Positions 1 through 8,271 of a DNA stretch of 64,000 nt are shown here, one piece after another. Source of the DNA: Candidatus Nanopelagicales bacterium (GTDB taxonomy: Bacteria > Actinomycetota > Actinomycetes > S36-B12 > UBA10799). Positions within the stretch are counted from its first letter, which is position 1; each line of letters starts with the position of its first letter. Below the pieces are notes generated by a model. The model ran no database searches, had not been told where the DNA came from, and saw only the letters and a program-made list of their open reading frames with translations. The stretch covers positions 30,811 through 94,810 of the forward strand of contig JAWKJM010000003.1 in NCBI GenBank assembly GCA_041393775.1, given 5' to 3'. The position numbers were made by a program, and so were the translations under genes.

Positions 1-786
1 TTCACCGGCCGGTACCGCCTCGGCGGCGGCACGGGCGGCAACCTCGCGGCCGACCGCTTGAGCCGCTGGCTGCACCGGCCCGACGGCAGCCCCGCGCACG
101 ACAGCAGCGCGGCGCTCACGGTATGGAACCCGCTACCTGCCACGGGGGGCACCGATCCCGAGCAGGTGGCGGCGGTGCAGCAACTGGCGCCCAGCGCGTT
201 CCGCACACAGCTGCGGGCCGTGACCGCCCAGGACCACGCCGAGGCCGCCGACACGGTGTCCGGGGTGCAGCGTGCCGTCACCCGGCGGATGTGGACCGGG
301 TCGTGGTACGCGATGCGGACCATGGTGGACGCGGACGCCGGCGCGGATCCGTTCGCCGCCGTGGCCACGCTGCTGGAGACCCGCCGGATGGTGGTCACCG
401 ATGTGGAAGTGGCCCCGCCCGCGCAGGTGCCTCTGCACATCGGACTGTTCGGCTGCGTGCTGCCGGGATTCCTGCAGTCCGAAGTACGCGGGCAGATCCT
501 GGCCGCGCTCTCGGCGCACCCGCCCACCGGCTTCTTCAACCCCGACCGGTTCACATTCGGCCAGCCGCTGTATGTCAGCGACCTGGTGGCTGCCGCGATG
601 GCGGTGCCCGGCCTGACCTCGCTGGACGTGAGGGTGTTCGCGCCGCTGGGGGCCGAGGCGCAGACGGCCGCGAACCTGGCCGCCGGGCGGATCGTCACCG
701 GGCCGCGCGAGGTCCTGCGCTGTGACACCGACCCGAACAACCCCGAGGCGGGCCGGGTCGACGTGGAACTGGGAGGTGGCTCGTGA
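1..786 (+). CDS. Baseplate J/gp47-like wedge protein, C-terminal part (5-prime end outside window)
   Basis: Frame 1 is open from nt 1 (FTGRYRLGGGTGGN...), and ORF-track 58..786 is the in-frame remainder. The stop TGA 784-786 overlaps the GTG start of the next gene (GTGA). It sits directly upstream of other contractile-tail baseplate genes. Family assignment is by recall only. Confidence 0.6.
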   Translation, partial: FTGRYRLGGGTGGNLAADRLSRWLHRPDGSPAHDSSAALTVWNPLPATGGTDPEQVAAVQQLAPSAFRTQLRAVTAQDHAEAADTVSGVQRAVTRRMWTGSWYAMRTMVDADAGADPFAAVATLLETRRMVVTDVEVAPPAQVPLHIGLFGCVLPGFLQSEVRGQILAALSAHPPTGFFNPDRFTFGQPLYVSDLVAAAMAVPGLTSLDVRVFAPLGAEAQTAANLAAGRIVTGPREVLRCDTDPNNPEAGRVDVELGGGS

Positions 787-3293
787 GCGATCAGTCACCC
801 GTGGCCAACCCCGCCGGGCAGCCGGTCCTGCAGCGCCGGGTCGCCACCCACGCGGTCGCCCTGGCCCGCATGCGCGAGGACCTGGCCGCACCTGGCCACC
901 ACCCCACCGTCCGGTCCCTGGCCCACGCCCCCGCCGACCCGCCGGCCGATCCCGGCATCGCGGTTCTGGACGCCTTCGCAGTCGTGTCCGACATCGTCGC
1001 GTTCTACTCCGAACGCATCGCCACCGAAGGGTTCCTGCGCACCGCCACCCGGCTGGAGTCGGTGCGGGAACTGGCGCGGATGCTCGGCTACGAACTACGG
1101 CCGGGTGTGTCGGCGCAGACGGACCTCGTGTTCACGTGCGAGGACGCCGACGGTTCCCCCGGGTCCGTCGACGTCCCGGCCGGAACCCCCGTGCAGTCGG
1201 TGCCCGGCGACGGGGAGTTGCCGCAGACCTTCGAAACCGCCGAGCAGTTCGAGGCGCGCGCCGTGTGGAACGCACTGCCGGTGCTGGACACCCGGGCGCA
1301 GGAACTCGGGTACGGCCGGCGGCACATCTGGCTGAAGGGCCGCTCCGATGTGGTGGTGGGTGACGCCGTGCTGGTGGTCGGCGCCGAGCGGGTCGGATAC
1401 GGCGAGTGGCCGCCGGCCCAACCACGCGAACCACAGACCCTCGACGACGACGAACGCTGGGACTTCCGCACGGTCACGGCCGTCGACGCGGACGCCCTGC
1501 CCGGCTGGACCCGGTTGGATCTGGAGCGGCCCATCGGCTATCGCCGCTCACGGACGCTGACCGCCGAGCGGGACGTGACCGTGCACCGCTTCGCCAAGGC
1601 GGCCCGGCTGTTCGGCGCCAACGCCCCCGACCCCAACCTGCTTGCCGACGACGACGGCCCGCCGCCCGGCGCCTCGCTCGGGCGGCGCAAGACGTATGTG
1701 TGGGACGGCTTCGACGTCGTCAGCGCGGACGCCCCGACGGTGATCGAGGTCGACGGCGCCCACCCCGACCTGCAGCCCGGCTCCTGGGTGGTGCTGGAGC
1801 AGCCCGGCAAGACCGAGGCGTATCTGGTGGCGCGGGTGACCCCGGACGGCGCCGCGAAGTTCGCGGTGACCGGGCCGCTGACCCGGGTGCGCCTGGACCT
1901 CGCGGACGGGCTGCCGGACTTCGACCGCCGACGTGCGACCGTGCACTGCATCTCGGCCGCGCTGCCCGCCGCGGAGGAACCCGACGACTCCCCGCAGGCT
2001 GTCCGCACGCTGCGGGTGCCCGCCTGTGACCCGCCGCTGGCGGCCGGCCGGCGGGTCGTCCTGGCCGGGACCGACGCCGACACCGGGGCCGCGAGGGCGC
2101 AGGCGGCGACCATCGCATCGGTCACCGTGACCGGCGACGTCATGGAGGTGGTGCTCGACACCGGCCTGGCCGGTCGTTTCCTGCGGCAGGAGCTGATGTT
2201 GCACGCCAACGTGGTACGTGCCTCCCACGGCGAGGGCGTCGAACAGGTGCTCGGCAGCGGGGACGGCCGGGAGGCGTTCGCGACGTTCACCACCCGTCGG
2301 GCGCCACTGACCCACCTGCGCGCGATTTCCCCCGCGGGCGCCCGGGCGGAACTGACCGTACGGGTGGACGGCGTGGCCTGGGAGCAGGTCGAGAGCCTGG
2401 ACCAAGCCGGCCCGCGAGACCGGGTGTACACGCTGGCCTACGACGAGCAGGGAGCGGCCCTGATCACCCTCGGCGACGGGGTGAACGGCGCGCGGCCCGC
2501 GACCGGCACGGAGAACATCAAGGCTGCCTATCGCGTCGGCATCGGCCAGACGGGGGCGCTGCTGGCCGGGCAGTTGAGCCTACTGACCCGGCGGCCGCTG
2601 GGGATCCGGGCGGTCACCAATCTGGCGGCCACCAGCGACTGGGCGCCGCCGGAGACCCTCGAGCAGGCCCGGGTCAACGCCGGCCTGCGAGTGCGCACCC
2701 TCGACCGGGCGGTGTCGGTCGCGGACTACGCCGACTTCGCGCGCACCTACGCCGGGGTGGGGCCCGCCCGGGCCGACCTGGTGTGGGACGGCCGGTCGGA
2801 CCGGGTGGTGGTCAGTGTCCTGGGCACCGGCGCCACCCCGCCCAGCGACGGCCTGATCGCCGATCTGCACACCGCGCTGGACGGGGCCCGCGACCCCGGC
2901 AGCCGGCTGGACGTCCAGGTCGGCGTGCAGACCTGGTTCGCGGTGCGGGTGGAGGTCGCCCATGACCTCGCATACGAGCGGGACACAGTGGTGGCCGGGG
3001 TGCGGGCCGGGTTGACGGCGCGGTTCGGGCCGGCCTCGCGGGTCTTCGCCACGCCGGTCACCGCGGCTGCCGTTCTGGTGGCGGTGAAGGCGGTGCCCGG
3101 GGTACTGGCATGCACCATGCCGCGATTGCTGCCGCTGGCATCCGTGCCGCCGGAACCGCAGGTCCCGGACGTGCCGCCGGACAGCCTGGCGGTGGATCCG
3201 GCGGCGGCCCTGCCCGCCCGGTGGGACGGCCGCGTGCTGCCCGCGCAACTGCTGGCCCTGGTGGCCACGGAGATCGGGGAGATGCGGCCATGA
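783..3293 (+). CDS. Putative baseplate assembly protein (baseplate-J-like core), 836 aa
   Basis: The N-terminal block DPGIAVLDAFAVVSDIVAFYSERIATEGFLRTATRLESVRELARMLGYELRPGVSA resembles the conserved core of the putative-baseplate-assembly/baseplate-J proteins of tail-like clusters. Start and stop both overlap neighbouring genes (GTGA at 783-786, ATGA at 3290-3293). Confidence 0.7.
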   Translation: MSDQSPVANPAGQPVLQRRVATHAVALARMREDLAAPGHHPTVRSLAHAPADPPADPGIAVLDAFAVVSDIVAFYSERIATEGFLRTATRLESVRELARMLGYELRPGVSAQTDLVFTCEDADGSPGSVDVPAGTPVQSVPGDGELPQTFETAEQFEARAVWNALPVLDTRAQELGYGRRHIWLKGRSDVVVGDAVLVVGAERVGYGEWPPAQPREPQTLDDDERWDFRTVTAVDADALPGWTRLDLERPIGYRRSRTLTAERDVTVHRFAKAARLFGANAPDPNLLADDDGPPPGASLGRRKTYVWDGFDVVSADAPTVIEVDGAHPDLQPGSWVVLEQPGKTEAYLVARVTPDGAAKFAVTGPLTRVRLDLADGLPDFDRRRATVHCISAALPAAEEPDDSPQAVRTLRVPACDPPLAAGRRVVLAGTDADTGAARAQAATIASVTVTGDVMEVVLDTGLAGRFLRQELMLHANVVRASHGEGVEQVLGSGDGREAFATFTTRRAPLTHLRAISPAGARAELTVRVDGVAWEQVESLDQAGPRDRVYTLAYDEQGAALITLGDGVNGARPATGTENIKAAYRVGIGQTGALLAGQLSLLTRRPLGIRAVTNLAATSDWAPPETLEQARVNAGLRVRTLDRAVSVADYADFARTYAGVGPARADLVWDGRSDRVVVSVLGTGATPPSDGLIADLHTALDGARDPGSRLDVQVGVQTWFAVRVEVAHDLAYERDTVVAGVRAGLTARFGPASRVFATPVTAAAVLVAVKAVPGVLACTMPRLLPLASVPPEPQVPDVPPDSLAVDPAAALPARWDGRVLPAQLLALVATEIGEMRP

Positions 3294-5344
3294 CCGAACG
3301 GCTCTTCGACCTGCTGCCGGTACATGTGCGTACCCGCGACGAGCAGTCGGGCGGGTTGTTGGCCGAACTGCTGTCAGCGGTTTCGGGAGAACTCGCAGTG
3401 CTCGAGAGGGACATCGACGAGTTGTACGCGTCGTGGTTCATCGAGACCTGTCCGGACTGGGTGGTGCCGTACATCGGGGACCTGGTCGGGGTCGACGATC
3501 TGCCACCCGCGGCCACCGCCCGGGCTTACGTCGCCAACACGGTGGCCTACCGCCGGCGCAAAGGCACACTGGGCGTGATCGAACAGGTCGCCCGGGACGT
3601 CACCGGCTGGCCCGCCGTCGCTGTGGAGTCCTATCGCCTGCTGTCGGCGACCACCGCACTGAACCATGTGCGCACCGAACGGCCCGCGAGCGCACTCGTC
3701 CGCCACCCGGTCACCGCGGCCGGGCCGCTGGAACTGGTCACGACCGGGCGGGGTGCGCTCGATCCCCTGCCGCACACCGCGGATGTGCGCAGGTCGGGCC
3801 GTTACGGCATCGACAAGGTCGGCGTGTTCCTGTTCGACGACCAGGTGTACGCCACCGGGTGGTGCGCCGCCCGGGCACCGGCCGACCCCGCCGACGGCTG
3901 GACCGTGCACCCGGCCGGCTGGGACACCCCGCTGTACGCGGCGCCGGCTGCGGAGCAGACCATCGAGACCCACGCCGGGGAGCCGAACCTGCCGGTCCCG
4001 CTGCGACCGCGCCGGCTGCTGGCCCAACTTGTCGCCGCCCGCAGCGGGGAGGGCGACCCCCTGCCGATCGCGGTCAGCGTGGATGGGACCGGGGCCGACG
4101 CGCGCCGGTTGCGGGTCTGTGGCCTGGAGGACCTCGACCCGGACCTGACCGGCTGGCAGGTCATGGTCGACGCGGTCCGCGGGCGACTGTTCCCCACTTT
4201 CGACGGCAGTCCCGCCGCGCCCGCCTCGCTGGCTGTCCGGTACGCGTACGGGGCGACCGCCGACGTCGGTGCCGGCACGTACGACCGGGCTGAGGTCCAC
4301 GAGGACTGCCTCGCGGCCGACCCGTACACCGGCGACCCGGCCCGCGGTGGGCCGGGGGTGACGGCGCAGACCGCCGTGCTGTCGACCGACACCTCGGTGG
4401 CCGCCGCGCTGTCCGACGCTGAGACCGCGTGGGCCGGCAGCGATTCCCCCGCCGGCGGCACGTACGTGATCTCCATCGGCGACAGCGCCACGTATCCCGA
4501 CGACCTGGCGGTCCACATCCCGCCGGCCACCCGGCTGGTGCTTGTGGCCGCCACCTGGCCGCAACGGGAACTGGGGCCCGGCGAGGTACTGCCCCCGGTG
4601 CCGGGGGTGTACGCGCCGGTGGGCTTGCGCCCCCGCCTGGGCGGCTCGGTGACCATCACTGGCGACGGCGGGTCCAGCGTGATCCTCGACGGGCTGCTGA
4701 TCGACGGCGACCTCGAGGCGACCGGCGCTGACGTGACGATCAGCCAGTGCACCGTCACGGGGTCGGTGAAGCTGCACCGACCTCCAACGGTCAGCATCGT
4801 GCGCAGCGTCACACGTTCGGTTACCTTCGACCCGGCAGCGGCCACCCTGCTGGTCCGCGACAGCAGCATCGACGTCGCGGGGGCCGACGCGATCACCGGG
4901 GAGGGCCTGACGCTCGACCTCGACGGCGCCACGGTGCGCGGCGGGATCGCGGTCCGTGCGATGCACGCCACCAGCAGCATCCTCGACGGCCCGGTCGCCG
5001 TCGAGAACCGGCAGACCGGCTGCGTGCGGTTCAGTTTCGTGGAGCCGGGCGCCCGGGTTCCGCGGCAGTACCGCTGCGTGCCGGGACCGGACGACGACGC
5101 CGATCTGCGCCCGCTGTACCACGCGGTGGACCCCGGGTCGCCGCACTACCTGACGCTGGCCGGGCCGCCGCCGATCACCGGCGGCGGGGAGGCGGATTCC
5201 GAGATGGGCGTGCACCACCATCTCCACCGGCCGGCCCGGGTGCGGGCCGCACACCGCCTGCTCCCCGGCTTCGTGCCGGTGGGTACCGAGATCGTGTTCG
5301 CCTCGTACGTGGCGACGGGAAGGAGCGCGGGACATGCATGGTGA
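3290..5344 (+). CDS. Phage tail protein, P2 gpI-like baseplate wedge, with beta-helix-like C-terminal half, 684 aa
   Basis: ATG 3290 overlaps the upstream stop (ATGA), so the ORF-track start at 3110 is an unsupported extension. The N-terminus LFDLLPVHVRTRDE...CPDWVVPYIGDLVGV...AYRRRKGTLGVIEQV fits the gpI-like phage-tail-protein signature. The C-terminal half has short repeats such as VTISQCTVTGSV, LLVRDSSIDVAG and LDLDGATVRGG. Confidence 0.65.
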   Translation: MTERLFDLLPVHVRTRDEQSGGLLAELLSAVSGELAVLERDIDELYASWFIETCPDWVVPYIGDLVGVDDLPPAATARAYVANTVAYRRRKGTLGVIEQVARDVTGWPAVAVESYRLLSATTALNHVRTERPASALVRHPVTAAGPLELVTTGRGALDPLPHTADVRRSGRYGIDKVGVFLFDDQVYATGWCAARAPADPADGWTVHPAGWDTPLYAAPAAEQTIETHAGEPNLPVPLRPRRLLAQLVAARSGEGDPLPIAVSVDGTGADARRLRVCGLEDLDPDLTGWQVMVDAVRGRLFPTFDGSPAAPASLAVRYAYGATADVGAGTYDRAEVHEDCLAADPYTGDPARGGPGVTAQTAVLSTDTSVAAALSDAETAWAGSDSPAGGTYVISIGDSATYPDDLAVHIPPATRLVLVAATWPQRELGPGEVLPPVPGVYAPVGLRPRLGGSVTITGDGGSSVILDGLLIDGDLEATGADVTISQCTVTGSVKLHRPPTVSIVRSVTRSVTFDPAAATLLVRDSSIDVAGADAITGEGLTLDLDGATVRGGIAVRAMHATSSILDGPVAVENRQTGCVRFSFVEPGARVPRQYRCVPGPDDDADLRPLYHAVDPGSPHYLTLAGPPPITGGGEADSEMGVHHHLHRPARVRAAHRLLPGFVPVGTEIVFASYVATGRSAGHAW

Positions 5345-8228
5345 CTTCTCCCGCCGGACGTTCGACAGCGCCGACGGGTACCGCGCGGTCCTGTTCCAGC
5401 AGGGCCGGGTCATGCTCGACGCGGACTGGAACGAACAGACCGACATCACCGCCCACCACGACGAGGTCCGCACCGCCGACATCGTGGGTCCCGGCGGCGG
5501 CCCGGCGACCTCCGGCCCGGGGCCGTTCGCGATCACCGCGGCCGACGGGTCGGTGCCCGGCGCGACCGCGTGGGCCGACCTGCGGGTGGCCGGCGGCACG
5601 TACTACGTCGACGGGATCCTGTGCGAGGCCGACCCGGCCGGCCGCTGGCCGCTGACCGATCAGCCTCACCTGCCGCAGGTGGGCAGCTCCCCGGGACTGT
5701 CCGAACCTGCCGCCGACCGGGTGGCCCTGTACTTGGACGTGTGGGCGCGGCAGGTCACCGCCGAGGAGGACCCGGCGCTGCTCGAGGTCGCCCTCGGCGG
5801 GCCCGACACCACCACCCGCGCGCAGACGGTATGGCAGGTGCGCGCCGAGCCCGTGGACCCGGGCGTCACCTGCGTCGACGTGCACGACCCGGGATGGCTG
5901 CACCGCACCCCGCGCCCGATGGCCGCCGGCCTGCAGCCAGCCGGTTCCACGGCCGACCCGTGCGAGATCTCCGGCACCGGCGGCTACCAGCGCCTGTCCA
6001 ACCAGCTGTACCGCGTCCAGATCCACGACGACGGCAGCGCCGGACCGGCCACTTTCGTGTGGTCGCGGGACAACGGCAGCGTTTTCGCCGGCCTCACCGG
6101 CATCGACGACGCCACCGCGTCCACCGCCACCCTGGGCCTGGACCGGGTGGGCCGTGACGACCAGTCGTCGTTCGCCGACGGCGACCTGGTCGAGGTGACC
6201 AGCACGGACCTGGAGTTGCGCGGGCTACGGGGCTTCCTGGCGCGCGCGGGCACGCCGGTCGTGGTCGCGGACAGTGCCGGGGCGGCCGCCGCAGTGACAC
6301 TGCCGGTCGAGTGGCTGGACAGCGCCCACCGCCCGGCCGACCTGACCGCCCTCGGCCGGGCACCGATCGTGCGGCGCTGGGACGGGGGCCCGCTGCCCCT
6401 GCGGGTGGGCGCGACCGAGCTGGAAGCCGGGATCACCGTTCGCTTCCCGAACTCCGGGACACCGGCCACCGGTGACCACTGGCTCATCCCGGCGCGAACC
6501 GTGCGGATGGCCTACGGCCTGGCCCAGCAGTCCGGCACCATCGAGTGGCCGCCGGGCGGCCGGGGTCCCGACGAGCAGCGCCCGGTCGGGCCGGTGCACC
6601 ACATCGCGCCGTTGGGGGTCCTGGAACGGGCCGGGGCCGGGTGGTCCCTGGCCAGCGACTGCCGCACCCTGTTCCCCCCGCTGACCGCGATGGTCACCAT
6701 CGACCTGGTGGGCGGCGACGGGCAGGAGGCCATGCCAGGCCGGCCACTGCCCGAACCGGTGCGGGTCGTGGTCCGCAACGGCAGGCTGCCGGTCGTCGGC
6801 GCCCCGGTGCGGTTCACGAGCGCCGGCGGGCACCTGGCCGACACCGGCCTGCCCACCGCCGGCTCGCCGCCATCGGTGACGGTGACCACCGGGCCGGACG
6901 GTGTGGCCGACGTGCGGTGGTTGCTCGATCCGAACGGTTCGTCCACGCAGGCGCTGACCGTGCGGCGCCTCGACGGCAGCGGCGACCCCGTCGACGCCGC
7001 TGTGGTCGTCACCGGGCGGCTGTCCGTGGCACGGCAGGTGCAGTGGGATCCACCTCGCGGCTGCGACCGGTTCGCCGCCACAACCACAGTGCAGCAGGCG
7101 CTCGTGGGCCTGGTCACGACCCGTCAGTTGCGACTGCTCGGCGGCGACGGCCAAGAGGTCGCGGAAGCCGGCCGGTGTGTGCCGCAACCGGTGCGGGTGG
7201 TCCTGGACAGCCCGTGCGGACCTTTGGCGAAGGCCGAGGTGGTGGCCCTGGACGAGGCCGGCTTGGTGGCCGTCGCCGACGCCGGGCAGCCCACGCCGGG
7301 AACCCTGACCGGGGCCGACGTGAAGGCGGTCTTCGTCACCGGCGCTGACGGGGTGGCCGCCTTCTGGTGGCAGCCCGGTTTCGGCGGCGACGGTTCAGCG
7401 ACCCTGGACATCATGGTCGATGGCGGCGACGCCCCGATCAGGGTGACCGCGCAGCTCGACCCGCCCGGGAGCCGGCGCCCGGGCCTGCACATCACCGACC
7501 TCGGCTTCGGCACGGGCAAGCCCTTCCGCAACGACACCGACGTGCACCCCGACGAACTCGCCTCCGGGATCGTCGTCGACCTCGACGGCGAGCTCGATCC
7601 GGACTCGGTGGCCGGGAAACCCGTGGCCCGGGTGGAACTGGAGTTGCCGTGGCCGGTCCACAGCGACGGGGACGCCTGGGCGCCGGTGCCGATCGGCTAC
7701 CACAACGTGACGCTGGCCGCGGACCTGGCCGCCGAGCGCGAGCGGTTGTTGTGGACTCCGCGCGGGCGGACCGAGGGCTGGCTGCGCGACGGTCTCTGGT
7801 CGGCGCTCGCCGACGCCCACTGGGACGAGCCGCTGCTCGGCCGGTTCATCGTCGAGGGCTGGGCGCTCATCTCGGCCAAGGACCGTGACCTGCATGTCAA
7901 CGGCCACGCCTTGACCCGAATGCGCGGCACCCGCACCCTGTTCGCCCTCCCCACCGACGACGAGATCACCGGCGGGGTGTTCACCCAGTGGTTCCGGCTG
8001 ACCCGCGCGCCTTTGCGGCCGCAGCGCAAGCCGGTCCCCGACCTCGTCCGGCGCACCGGCGCCGTCGCCGAACGCCTGCTGGCCGCCGAGGGCCTGCCGC
8101 TGGCGGGCACCGTGGTGGAGCGCGACGACCGGATCCGCAAGGGCCTGGTCCTGCGCACCGAACCTGCTGCGGGCACGGTCGTCGACGAAGGCACCCCGAT
8201 CACACTGGTCGTGTCCGCAGGGCGGTGA
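5334..8228 (+). CDS. DUF6519-type tail-fibre/distal baseplate protein with two Ig-like (Big_1-type) modules and a C-terminal PASTA domain, 964 aa
   Basis: A GGGAAGGAG RBS at 5317-5325 lies 8 nt before ATG 5334. The N-terminus is MHGDFSRRTFDSADGYRAVLFQQGRVMLDADWNEQ. Two modules start GGDGQEAMPGRPLPEPVRVVV and GGDGQEVAEAGRCVPQPVRVVL. The last ~65 aa, VPDLVRRTGAVAERLLAAEGLPLAGTVVERDDRIRKGLVLRTEPAAGTVVDEGTPITLVVSAG, fit the PASTA consensus. Confidence 0.7.
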   Translation: MHGDFSRRTFDSADGYRAVLFQQGRVMLDADWNEQTDITAHHDEVRTADIVGPGGGPATSGPGPFAITAADGSVPGATAWADLRVAGGTYYVDGILCEADPAGRWPLTDQPHLPQVGSSPGLSEPAADRVALYLDVWARQVTAEEDPALLEVALGGPDTTTRAQTVWQVRAEPVDPGVTCVDVHDPGWLHRTPRPMAAGLQPAGSTADPCEISGTGGYQRLSNQLYRVQIHDDGSAGPATFVWSRDNGSVFAGLTGIDDATASTATLGLDRVGRDDQSSFADGDLVEVTSTDLELRGLRGFLARAGTPVVVADSAGAAAAVTLPVEWLDSAHRPADLTALGRAPIVRRWDGGPLPLRVGATELEAGITVRFPNSGTPATGDHWLIPARTVRMAYGLAQQSGTIEWPPGGRGPDEQRPVGPVHHIAPLGVLERAGAGWSLASDCRTLFPPLTAMVTIDLVGGDGQEAMPGRPLPEPVRVVVRNGRLPVVGAPVRFTSAGGHLADTGLPTAGSPPSVTVTTGPDGVADVRWLLDPNGSSTQALTVRRLDGSGDPVDAAVVVTGRLSVARQVQWDPPRGCDRFAATTTVQQALVGLVTTRQLRLLGGDGQEVAEAGRCVPQPVRVVLDSPCGPLAKAEVVALDEAGLVAVADAGQPTPGTLTGADVKAVFVTGADGVAAFWWQPGFGGDGSATLDIMVDGGDAPIRVTAQLDPPGSRRPGLHITDLGFGTGKPFRNDTDVHPDELASGIVVDLDGELDPDSVAGKPVARVELELPWPVHSDGDAWAPVPIGYHNVTLAADLAAERERLLWTPRGRTEGWLRDGLWSALADAHWDEPLLGRFIVEGWALISAKDRDLHVNGHALTRMRGTRTLFALPTDDEITGGVFTQWFRLTRAPLRPQRKPVPDLVRRTGAVAERLLAAEGLPLAGTVVERDDRIRKGLVLRTEPAAGTVVDEGTPITLVVSAGR

Positions 8229-8234
8229 CACACG

Positions 8235-8261
8235 GTGGTTCGGCCGCCTCCCACGAACCGC
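8235..8261. terminator. Weak hairpin in the 43-nt gap between the two convergent eCIS modules (possible bidirectional terminator)
   Basis: GTGGTTCG (8235-8242) can pair with CGAACCGC (8254-8261), including one G:U pair, around an 11-nt loop. There is no T-tract. Confidence 0.3.
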
Positions 8262-8271
8262 TGCAACGTCC

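Noticed and set aside
3374-5599. 741-aa minus-strand ORF antisense to the gpI-like and DUF6519 genes
   Set aside because: It is an Arg/Gly/Pro-rich shadow ORF typical of the antisense strand of GC3-rich genes. It has no motifs and overlaps well-supported + strand genes entirely.
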